Below are positions 12,863-24,400 of a DNA stretch of 64,000 nt, piece after piece. How positions within the stretch are numbered: the stretch's first letter is position 1; the number at the start of each line of letters is the position of its first letter. The stretch is from Macrostomum hystrix (taxonomy: Eukaryota > Animalia > Platyhelminthes). A program made the translations under genes and the position numbers. The stretch is from assembly GCA_950097015.1 (NCBI GenBank), contig CATNEN010000002.1, positions 6,634,001 through 6,698,000 of the forward strand. Direction: 5' to 3'. Below the pieces are notes generated by a model. That model was not told the origin of the DNA. It did no database searches and saw nothing but the letters and a program-made list of their open reading frames with translations.

Positions 12863-13542
12863 ATGCAAGTCACTCAAGCAGCGATTCCAGCAGTCGAAGA
12901 ACTCTGTCATCTATACCAAAAATCAGGCCCTGACTTCTTCCGAGCGCGTTCGCCATTAAAATGAACCAGTGGAAGTATCGACCAATTTCGTCGATGGATA
13001 TGAGATCATGACAGACTCAAATCAATGGATACTTTAAGTTTGTCGCACTCTGCCGTCAGAAACGAGGATTTAGTTAGGAGATAAATAACTCGTATGAAAA
13101 ATCCTTCTATCTGCTTGTCCACCGTGACGGCAAAAAGTGCCTCATCAGGGACTAAGAGTCCCTGGCTGCATTGTGGGGAAAAAATCCCCAATTGGGAGTT
13201 AGCCGCAGCTGTGAGGGGAAAACAGCTCGAGGACTGAGGGGGGGGGCTTAGCTTGCGGTCGACCGCACGAGCTGCACTGGCTACACTGGCTGCATGTGGC
13301 TAGCAGCATTCTGAGCAGTCCGGTTTGAGTCTCAGGCTCAGGGGTCTCAGGACTGCCGGATCTCAAGCGTGTAACTGGAGCCCAAACTCGCCAGCCAGCT
13401 AATTTCTAATGCGGCTTATCCAGGAGAGCTGGCCCGAGTCCACAGAGTGCGCTTTGTGAACTGGCCGCAGAGCTGCAGATTCTAATAGAATAATTCGATT
13501 AGGACAAAATCTTTTATTAATAGAATTCTTTTGTTTCCAATC

Positions 13543-13930
13543 CTGCTGCGATTCTGGCTGCAGTTCTTGCTACGATTCTAGCTGCAGTTCCTGCTGCGAT
13601 TCCAGCTGCAGTTTCTGCTGCGATTCCTACTGCAGTTCCTGCTGTGATTCAAACTGCATTTCCTGGTGCGATTCCAGCTGCAGTTCCTGCTGCGATTCCA
13701 GCTGCAGTGTCTGCTGCGATTCCTACTGCAGTTCCTGCTGCGATTCCTACTGAAGTTCCTGCTGAGATTCTAGCTGTAGTTCCTGCTGCGATTCTAGCTG
13801 CAGTTCCTGTTGTGACTCCTACTGCAGTTTCTGTTGCGATTATTCCAGCTGCAGTTCCTGCTGTGATTCTTGCTACGATTCCATCTGCATCTTCTGCTAC
13901 GATTCCATCTGCATCTTCTGCTACGATTCT
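13543..13930. repeat. 24-bp minisatellite CGATTCCAGCTGCAGTTCCTGCTG (relative of the 12-kb array)
   Basis: Direct reading. Confidence 0.9.
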
Positions 13931-14887
13931 TGTATCACTTTAGCTGTAAGGATTTTCTGTTTCTCCTAATTAGATTTTATAAGTACACTTTCAGGTTTCC
14001 ACAGGAATGAAACGGAATTCCAGCAAATGGAGCACAGCAAAGCTTCCACTGACAGATAAGCAAAAAGTTTGAGTTTGCATTGCCGCGCAGGCATGATCAG
14101 CTGGGTGCGAATCCAATCAGTGCTCTCCGCGGTGATCAGTCAGGCCGACAATGGCCAATTATTGCTTCGAACTGCCGAAGCGAACTGCAACCGCCGCACC
14201 CTTATCTAATCTATCTTCGCAAGCGCTTCATCCGGCCTTACAAATTCATTTCCCATCTGGCACCGGGTTTATTTAGATCGGTGCGTTCTCTTAAAAGATA
14301 AGACTATTTTATCAGTAACTTTTTAAGAGTCCATTATCGATCGATCCTTGATTGATCGGAAACAAATCGCCAGGACTCGAGCTATACCTCCGAATGAAGG
14401 CAGAGACTGCATGGGGATGATTAGACAGGTTCTCGGAGGCCGCACTTTTTGGCTAATGAATTATTGACAGACACGTCTGAGCCTCATCTGGCACTGCAGA
14501 CTCAAGGCTACTCACAGTTTGAGTAGTCGGCAGTTTGTTTGGGTGGCTCAGATGACTGCTCAACCAGCCTCCAACCCAGATCCCACCGCAGATTCGACAT
14601 CAGTAAGGAGCGCAGCTAGATTAGGGATTAAATCGGATTAACAGACGCAGGGAAGCCGAGCTAATTACCGAACTCTCAGATAGGAGAAAAGATGCACTGA
14701 AACCGCTTTTTTGTCTGCTCGTCTGGCTTTGCGCGAGGAGCTCACTGATTGATTCGGCATGTTCAGACAGTCCAGAGAAACACTCGATTAAAGTACATGG
14801 GACGGGAGGTGACGAAGTTAAGTAAGTTGATAAATCGATTCGAGTATCGAAAAAGCAAGGTGAGGTTTCAGAAAGCTTGTCAAGAAC

Positions 14888-15150
14888 ACAAGGGTGTCAG
14901 GAAGTGAAGGGTGTCAGGAAGACAGGGTGTCAGGAATTGAAGGGTGTCAGGAATTGAAGGGTGTCAGGAATTGAAGGGTGTCAGGAATTGAAGGGTGTCA
15001 AGAAGACAGGGTGTCAGTAATTGAAGGGTGTCAAGAAGACAGGGTGTCAGGAATTGAAGGGTGTCAGGAAGACAGGGTGTCAGGAATTGAAGGGTGTTAA
15101 GAAGACAATGGCTTCAAGAAGACAAAGGTGTCAGGAAGTGAAGGAAGGAA
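14888..15150. repeat. 17-bp minisatellite GAAGGGTGTCAGGAATT and variants
   Basis: Direct reading. Confidence 0.88.
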
Positions 15151-15611
15151 GTAGGTGTCAGAAGAGGAAGACGTCAGAAAAGGAGTGTCAGAAAGGAATT
15201 AAGCACTAACAGTTCGGTAATTCTAGAAGAAAGTCCGTTCAAGAAAGCTGCTGCTTAAAAAGTACTCGTAATTCAAATATAAAATTAAGCACGTAGTAAC
15301 TCGACAGCGAATATTTAGTCTAGTGGCAAACTTTGACACTGCGATGTACTTTTATTAGTCGCACAGAACACGCAACCCGAGCTTTGTCTAGCCAGCACTG
15401 ACTGGGTTTGAGTTGAAAACAGGTCAGATACTCAAAATGTCGAAATGTATATTAAAGAGAGCCAAAGGTCAACTAGAAGGATTTGAAATTTAATGATTGC
15501 GACGCTTCCAGACAAGTAACTAAAAATTCCTAGATAGAGTCTTATCGAAATATCTTCCATGAAACTAACGCATTTCAATTCAGAATTCAAACTAAAGAAG
15601 ATAGCTGTAGA

Positions 15612-17976
15612 CAGAATCGAAGCAGAGTATCGAAGGAAGAATCGAAGCACGGAATCGTAGGAAGAATCGAAACACGGAATCGTAGGAAGAATCGAAACAC
15701 GGAATCGTAGGAAGAATCGAAACACGGAATCGTAGGAAGAATCGAAGCACGGAATCGTAGGAATAATCGAAGCACGGAATCGTAGGAAGAATCGAAGCAC
15801 GGAATCGTAGGAACAATCGAAGCACGGAATCGTAGGAACAATCGAAGCACGGAATCGTAGGAAGAATCGAAGCACGGAATCGTAGGAACAATCGAAGCAC
15901 GGAATCGTAGGAAGAATCGAAACACGGAATCGTAGGAAGAATCGAAGCACGGAATCGTAGGAAGAATCGAAGCAAGGAATCGTAGGAAGAATCTAAACAC
16001 GGAATCGTAGGAAGAATCGGAGCAGGGAGTCGTAGGAAGAATAAAGCACGGAATCGTAGGAAGAATCGAAACACGGAATCGTAGGAAGAATCGGAGCACG
16101 GAATCGTAGGAAGAATCGAAACACGGAATCGTAGGAAGAATCGAAACACGGAATCGTAGGAAGAATCGAAACACGGAATCGTAGGAAGAATTGAAACACG
16201 GAATCGTAGGAACAATAAAAGCACGGAATCGTAGGAAGAATCGGAGCAGGGAGTCGTAGGAAGAATCGGAGCACGGAATCGTAGGAAGAATCGAAACACG
16301 GAATCGTAGGAAGAATCGAAACACGGAATCGTAGGAAGAATCGAAACACGGAATCGTAGGAAGAATCGAAGCACGGAATCGTAGGAAGAATCGAAGCAAG
16401 GAATCGTAGGAACAATCGAAGCACGGAATCGTAGGAAGAATCGAAACACGGAATCGTAGGAAGAATCGAAGCACGGAATCGTAGGAAGAATCGAAGCAAG
16501 GAATCGTAGGAAGAATCGAAACACGGAATCGTAGGAAGAATCGAAACACGGAATCGTAGGAAAAATCGAAATATGGAATCGTAGCAAGAATCGAAACACG
16601 GAATCGTAGGAACAATAAAAGCACGGAATCGTAGGAAGAATCGGAGCAGGGAGTCGTAGGAAGAATCGAAACACGGAATCGTAGGAAGAATCGAAACACG
16701 GAATCGTAGGAAGAATCGAAGCACGGAATCGTAGGAACAATCGAAGCACGGAATCGTAGGAAGAATCGAAGCACGGAATCGTAGGAACAATCGAAGCACG
16801 GAATCGTAGGAAGAATCGAAGCACGGAATCGTAGGAAAAATCGAAGCACGGAATCGTAGGAACAATCGAAGCACGGAATCGTAGGAAGAATCGAAGCACG
16901 GAATCGTAGGAAGAATCGAAGCACGGAATCATAGGAAGAATCGAAGCACGGAATCGTAGGAACAATCGAAGCACGGAATCGTAGGAAGAATCGAAGCACG
17001 GAATCGTAGGAAGAATCGAAGCACGGAATCGTAGGAACAATCGAAGCACGGAATCGTAGGAAGAATCGAAGCACGGAATCGTAGGAAGAATCGAAGCACG
17101 GAATCGTAGGAAGAATCGAAGCAAGGAATCGTAGGAAGAATCGAAACACGGAATCGTAGGAAGAATCGGAGCAGGGAGTCGTAGGAAGAATAAAAGCACG
17201 GAATCGTAGGAAGAATCGGAGCACGGAATCGCAGGAAGAATCGAAACACGGAATCGTAGGAAGAATCGAAGCACGGAATCGTAGGAAGAATCGAAGCAAG
17301 GAATCGTAGGAAGAATCGAAACACGGAATCGTAGGAAGAATCGAAACACGGAATCGTAGGAAGAATCGGAGCACGGAATCGTAGGAAGAATCGAAGCACG
17401 GAATCGTAGGAACAATCGAAGCACGGAATCGTAGGAAGAATCGAAGCACGGAATCGTAGGAAGAATCGAAGCACGGAATCGTAGGAAGAATCGAAGCACG
17501 GAATCGTAGGAACAATCGAAGCACGGAATCGTAGGAAGAATCGAAGCACGGAATCGTAGGAAGAATCGAAGCACGGAATCGTAGGAACAATCGAAGCACG
17601 GAATCGTAGGAAGAATCGAAGCACGGAATCGTAGGAAGAATCGAAGCACGGAATCGTAGGAACAATCGAAGCACGGAATCGTAGGAAGAATCGAAGCACG
17701 GAATCGTAGGAAGAATCGAAGCACGGAATCATAGGAAGAATCGAAGCACGGAATCGTAGGAACAATCGAAGCACGGAATCGTAGGAAGAATCGAAGCACG
17801 GAATCGTAGGAAGAATCGAAGCACGGAATCGTAGGAACAATCGAAGCACGGAATCGTAGGAAGAATCGAAGCACGGAATCGTAGGAAGAATCGAAGCACG
17901 GAATCGTAGGAACAATCGAAGCACGGAATCGTAGGAAGAATCGAAGCACGGAATCGTAGGAAGAATCGGAGCAGGA
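15612..17976. repeat. 25-bp minisatellite GCACGGAATCGTAGGAAGAATCGAA (~94 copies)
   Basis: Direct reading; the several 300-800 aa minus-strand ORFs here are repeat read-throughs. Confidence 0.97.
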
Positions 17977-19258
17977 AACCTAAAATAAAATGGAAACAGG
18001 AAACGTTGAAAGAATCGCAGCAGGAATGTCCAAGACTCAAAATCCAGAATCCACAACATCCATAACTAGCATTCAATAAAAGATAAAACACGGAAGTAAG
18101 ACAGTGATTTTTTGTCAGTCTCAGTATGAGCAGCAACGAAACGCAATAAAACAATTATATATTTTTAAGCTTTCTGTCGCAAACAGAACTTATTAACAAT
18201 TTTATAGTTGTATGGTTTTGTTCAATATTGATACAGGTTTTGCACATTGAATAATTGATCAGCTTTTGTCTACCAGCTACTTTGTTCAATGTGGTTATAA
18301 AAAGTGTTCTAATATAAATTAACAGGCTGAGTTATAGGGGGGGGGGGTAGCAACACAGAGGCATGAAGCGACTCACTAAAAAATGAGACGAAAAGCTACT
18401 TCTACAAGCTAAGTGTCCGACGGACGAACAAAAAATCGAACAATTGCCGCGTATATTTAACAGACAACACAAAAATATCTCGAAAGCAGCTCGAACTCAA
18501 ATTTCTCACGTCAGGCCATAGACTTGGGCAAGCGGAGCAGTTCAAAATGAGAAAAAGCAGCAAGCAAACAAAGGCCACTGCTTATCGGTTCCTTAATAAT
18601 TGAATCTGTAGTTAAATTAATTGTTTGAGAGTCAAAGGCGGTGATGCCAGTTTTTTGAACAAATTTGAATGAAAGACTAAACGGCGAACAGCAAGCAGAT
18701 TTTTGTACTTTTAGCTGCAAGTTTGCAATTGATTTATCGACTACAGGGCCAGAAAAGTTTTTTTAGATAAGAGAATCCGTTAATTTCCAATCCGTTATTT
18801 TTAGTAACGGAATTAATTCGTTAATTCGTTAATTATTTGCGTCTTTAGATTAAAACACAAAAAGCGATTGTATTGCATTGCAACCAAAGCAAAACTGAAT
18901 TCTGCTTTTTTAACAAAAGTGCGCACAAAATATAAGGGCGTGTTATAACAAAGAAGGCTGATCGAGTGACTTCAGTAACTGCAAATAATACGCTGACAGT
19001 GAAACTCTAACTGATTGCCAATTTTAGATCCATTTATGCATAGAGAGAAAGAAAAAACTTGTTTGTGATAATCCGATAAGCATGCGAGATAACATTTAAC
19101 AATTAGAAAGTAAAAGCAAATTAACTACAGCAAATCTTACCTGTGTACGTAGATATATAACAAACCAGCTCTGAGTACATCTAAGCATTTACACAACAGA
19201 ACTTTCTCATTGATGCTTTACTATAAGTACATTTGCTTATTTGTCTGCCTAAATCAAA

Positions 19259-19613
19259 GGAAGAATCGAAGCAGGGAATCGTAGGAAGAATCGAATCAGG
19301 GAATCGTAGGAAGAATCGAAGGGAATCGTAGGAAGAATCGAAGCAGGGAATCGTAGGAAGAATCGAAGGGAATCGTAGGAAGAATCGGAGCACGGAATCG
19401 TAGGAAGAATCGAAGCAGGGAATCGTAGGAAGAATCGAAGGGAATCGTAGGAAGAATCGAAGCAGGGAATCGTAGGGAATCGTAGGAAGAATCGAAGGGA
19501 ATCGTAGGAAGAATCGAAGCAGGGAATCGTAGGAAGAATCGAAGGGAATCGTAGCAAGAATCGAAGCAGGGAATCGTAGGAAGAATCGAAGAAGGGAATC
19601 GTAGGAAGAATCT
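19259..19613. repeat. Minisatellite GGGAATCGTAGGAAGAATCGAA(GCA), same family as 15.6-18 kb
   Basis: Direct reading. Confidence 0.93.
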
Positions 19614-20068
19614 TGAATTTTGATTTGCTAAATCAAAATGTACTTAAAAAGAACACTTATTTAAAAGTACATGATGTTCTTTAAAAATACAATAGTTTCT
19701 TTTAAAGTACACTGCCTCAATTTAAAGTACACCGAGTGCAATAAAACAAACGGTGTGCTTTTAAAGTGTAAAGCTTTTTCTCAGAAACAGTGCCTACAGT
19801 TACCACTATTTAATTCGCATCAATAGAAAATGTAACACATTCAGACAATGACAGGTTCAGATGAGGCAACTAGATAACAGTTATAGCTCACTAGAGACGC
19901 AAATAGAAATGAAACGCGGCGATTTCATTTCAGCAGAAAAACGAATACAAAACACCATAAAAAATTATTAAAAAACTAGAAACGAGAAATCAGATTGAGG
20001 TGGGTGTCACGTGCGCAGCACTCGGGAAGGAAGCGAGAGATGGGAGATGGGGAAGAGGCCGTCAGTTT

Positions 20069-20184
20069 TCAGAGAGTAGCCTGGCTGAGCTGCTGCTCCA
20101 ATCGTTTTAACTTGGACTTGAGATTTTTGTAGCGGTGATACTCGGCCTGCATTGGCAGCCGGTCCACTTTGGCCATCTTGTGCC
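20069..20184 (-). CDS. FAM13: FAM13-type RhoGAP, terminal coding exon
   Basis: Acceptor CCTGTCACAG|GG, phase 1 matching donor ACT G|GTGAGT at 32489; encodes (G)HKMAKVDRLPMQAEYHRYKNLKSKLKRLEQQLSQATL*, completing the FAM13 C-terminal repeat. Confidence 0.88.
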
Positions 20185-20536
20185 CTGTGACAGGTACGAG
20201 GGGAGGAGGCTAGACGGCTTATAAAGCGTTCTACCCGATATGTTAAGAAATACCAATATGAGGCAATATTTTATAACAGCCGATATGTATAGAAAAAATA
20301 ATTATTTAAAAATGTTGACAAATAAAACGAACACGTTTAGAAAATCCGGATAAGTATAGGAAATTTTTAAGAAATATTTTCGTAAGAATAATAGACACTT
20401 CTTGTGTATGATTGGTTATTATTGATGTAAAATTTGTGACATTTGCTTTTTATTTACATCCAATTTCTGGACAATTAAAGACAGCTGTAAAAATATTTGA
20501 AGGGCTACTTGAGAATCCAATGCCATCTGAAGTAGA

Positions 20537-20861
20537 TGTCGCGGAAATCATTATTGTTAAACTGTTATCTATCTATTATCGATTTTTCCCCGTGTCCCTT
20601 TCCATACTGACCCCCCCTCCAGTCTAGCTTCTGCACCCACCTTGTTTTCTCTCCCTCTACGCACGTTATTGTATGTTAACCCCAATGTACATCCACCCAG
20701 GGTTTCGTACCCTCTTTTGTCTCTCCTCACTGTCGGCCCCAATTCCTTCCTTGCATATCGAAATATAATATAGTTAGAGGCCCGGGGCAAGGCCTTTCTC
20801 GGTCGTTCACTTTTCTAGCCCGTTCAAATCAACACCATTAGTTATCCTCATTTTCTTAACA
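20537..20861 (+). repeat. 5' LTR
   Basis: TGTCGCGGAA...TTCTTAACA; identical to 27328-27652. Confidence 0.98.
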
Positions 20862-20871
20862 TGGCGCCCAA
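20862..20871 (+). other. Primer-binding site TGGCGCCCAA (tRNA-Lys-like 3' end complement)
   Basis: Immediately follows the 5' LTR; matches 10 nt of the TGGCGCCCAAC tRNA-Lys(CUU)-type PBS. Confidence 0.75.
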
Positions 20872-21445
20872 TGAAATTGAACCCTTGTGAATTTTACGTG
20901 CATATCGACTGTGTTAGTCGCATTCGTCTTTCGCCATATCGGACTCGTTGGCGCTAGTGTCTCGAATATCATTAGCGTCAGTTTCGACTCGTATCTAGTA
21001 TATGCCAGCCTATCTTCAGTGAACCCGTTTTCACTTGAGCTGGTTGCTTCGTTAGAATTCTGCTCGCACTAGGACTCAGCTTCGTCGGCCCGATTTCGGA
21101 GTTCTCTGGTCTACTGGTCAACTCTCTCGTCGGCAGCAATAAGGTTCTCGGATCCGTAGTCACGTCTCGTTCTCGGTGGATCGGGTGACCGGCTGTCTCA
21201 TTCTCTCGTGTCGCCAGGGTGCTCAAAAGCGGTCCGACTGTAATCAACGCGTCCTAAGCTAAGCAAAATTTCGTGCCATTCTGCTATACTAATTCTCTAA
21301 TTGCTCGTTTTCCACTTGTTGTGTTTTCGCTGAACGCTATCCCCAATTATTGTTATTTAAAAAGTTCGGTTGTTCTTGGTCCATTGCGCTCCCTCCTTGG
21401 CTCACTCATTGTTGCTACCCGTTGCTGGTCGCGTTTCCGTTCCTG

Positions 21446-24400
21446 ATGTCGTCTCAGATGAAGAAGAGGTCAGTTATTCGTGCAGCAGTCACTCGGACTA
21501 TCAATAGAGCCGAGAAAATCTTGAGTTTGGAATCTCTGGATGCGGAGGCAAAGGCTGATGCGGAAGCATACATAGACTTACTCGAGAACAAGCTGGAAGC
21601 TCTGGAAGAGGCTGACGCATTAGTTCAGGAAGAGCTGGCGGAAGATAAGATGGAAGCTGAGCTTGAAGAAAGTTATGAATATTCGTTTCGTGGTCGCAAG
21701 TATATCAAACTCTTAGGAAGCATTTTAGCATCAACTGTGAAATCGCATTCGCCGGATGCTCCTTCGCAATCTGAGCATAGCGCTCAACCTCAGGCTCAGG
21801 CCCTTCCTCAGGTCAAACTTCCTAAGCGTGAACTGCCCACATTCAACGGCACAATCGCTGGTTGGCAACCCTTTTGGGATCAATTCTCTTCTTCTGTGGA
21901 TTCAAATTCGTCCCTCGCTGAGGTTGACAAGTTTAATTATCTGCTTGCATCTCTTTCCGAATCGGCAAAGGCTTGCATTCGGGGTCTCGCTGTGACTGGT
22001 GCCAATTATCAGGCTGCTATCGAGATTCTCACAGGTCGCTTTGGCAAGCCAGATCTCATCATTAGAGACCTCATGCACCAGCTTTCCGAACTTCGGCTAA
22101 CGGACACTTCTCTGTCCAGCCTTCAACGATTTCACGACGATGTTTCGGCTGCTGTCCGCAGCCTAGAAGCTCGAGGCGTGAATCCGACCTCTTATGAGAG
22201 TCTGTTGCTGCCGAACTTGCTCAAGCGATGTCCCGACGAGTTTAGACTGGAGCTTCTTAAATCAGCGAATCAAGCAGGTGCGGATTGTGATTCCATCAAA
22301 GAGTTCTTGCGTCTTCTGAGTGCGGACATTGAGGTTCGCGAGAAGGCTGCCGTCATTGGCAAAAGGTCAGGTCAAGATCGGGATCGGCTTGCCAGCCTGC
22401 CAAAGCCTTCGCTTTCTACCTTAGCAGTCCAATCCGGCCCGAAGGATTTCTCGAGGGGGTCTGCGGGACAGGTGTACTGCACCTACTGCGGGTTAGGGCA
22501 CAGGTCCGAAGCGTGCAACAAGTTTGCCATGGTTGCTAGTCGCCGCGCCCGCCTGCAACAAGAGAATCGCTGTTTTCGCTGCTTGCGCACGGGACATGGG
22601 CTTCGCATGTGCAATGATTCACGGAAATGCAGAAACTGCGGAGGAGCTCATCACGTGAGCATTTGCGTCCCTGCAACTCATACACCGAAAACTAGCGGTC
22701 AGCACATACATGTAGCTCAAAATGAAGGCGGGAAAAAGGGGAAAAGACCTATGTCACGTGACCAGTGTCTACCGACCTCCGCCGAGCAGACAGATGCCAC
22801 ACTTCAAAAACAGTCTACGTCTACGCTCAACAACTCGAACCCAGCGTCAGCTGCTGGTTCCTCGGTCACTGTGTGTGCCACACGAGATGATCGGAAATTG
22901 TCGGGTTCACCGACGATCTCTTCAAACCATTTTACAGCGACAATGTTTGTCAGTAGTAATCCATCAGTTGCCCTTCCCGTTGCCAAGGCTATTCTGCTTA
23001 GCCCTGACGGTCAACGAGAGATTCTAGTTCGGGTTCTGTTGGACACGGCTAGCAATAGGTCATACATTAGGGAAGATGTGTGTGAGCTCTTAGGCATCGA
23101 GTCCGCCACAACTGAATCATTGACGGTATCGACCTTCACAGGTATCAAGGCTACAATTGCATCAGGTAGCGTCTCAATCTCAATTCGAAAAATTGATTCG
23201 CACCAGGTTCTGAAATTGCGTGCTAATGTTGTCAAAGAGATCTGCCAGCCTCAGCGCTCAGTCTTAGTGAACGAATTTCCTCATCTGCAAGGCTTGGACT
23301 TAGCGGATCCGTACGACCCGCGTGATGCAAGCACACCGATCTCGATCCTAATTGGCGCTGATCACTACTACGATATTGTCGGTGGTGAAGTCGTTCGTGG
23401 GCGGGATGGACCAGCAGCTGTGTCGTCCAAGCTGGGATTCGTTCTCTGTGGACCAGTGAAACTTGGAGACACATTGTCTAGTCGCTCCAGTAGTGCCACG
23501 CTTGAAGGCCAGCTCCACGCAACTCAAGCTCTATGCTGCTCTGCTGCTGATCCGCTTGTCATACGAAAAACGCATGAGTGTGAACTCTCAGACTTCTGGA
23601 GACTCGACACGCTTGGTATCCTAGGAACTCAGCATGAATCGTCAGTCGATGCATTTGCCTGTGAACCTCAGCTGGTCAATGGACGATATGAAGTCAAACT
23701 TCCGTGGAAGCTGCCGCAAGAGTCTCGATCGCTGAAAGATCACTTCGACATGGCATACAAACGCCTGAGCTCGTCGGTGCGTGCTCTTTCCCGGAATCCC
23801 GACATCGTCGAGAAAGCGAACCAGATCATTAGAGAACAGGAGGCGAGTGGCATTATTGAGAAAGTTCCTGGCACAGATCTGCAGGAGTCCGTCGACTGTC
23901 ACTATCTACCACACAGTTGTGTGACTAAGATGGACAGTGAAAACACGAAGTTGCGGATTGTCTTCGATGGCTCTGCACGTGCTGGTCACGGAGATTTCTC
24001 CATTAATGACCACCTTCAAGTGGGCCCGACCGACCTTCCCAGAATTCCAGCGATTCTTATTCGCTTTCGCCGCAATCCAGTTGCTGTTCTGGGAGATATT
24101 GAGAAGGCCTTCCTTCAAATCTCTATTCATGCTAGCGAACGTGACAAGCTGAGATTCTTATGGCCTGATCCTGATAACGAACAGCAAATTTTGCATTATC
24201 GGTTCTGTCGTCTGCCTTTTGGCTTGACATGCTCACCAGGTATTCTGAGAACGACCATTCTACATCTAGTTGACACGCACGAGTCGGTCTTTCCGCAGTA
24301 TGCTCAAATCATTCGACAAGACCTCTACGTCGACAACTTAGTAACCAGTTGTAAGTCTGAGGCTGAGGCTCTCGACCTCTACAGTGCAGTCAAACGTCTG

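Noticed and set aside
13117-13164. Hammerhead-like arrangement on the minus strand (hairpin, CUGAUGA, 4-bp GGCA/UGCC stem)
   Set aside because: GUCAC replaces the essential GAAA after stem II and there is no properly placed NUH cleavage site
14797-14830. Possible short first exon MGREVTKL with a GTAAGT donor
   Set aside because: No downstream exon or recognisable protein could be linked to it
21350-21445. TTG-initiated N-terminal extension of the BEL ORF given in the track
   Set aside because: First ATG at 21446 precedes the Gag-like helix; the upstream 32 codons look like leader sequence
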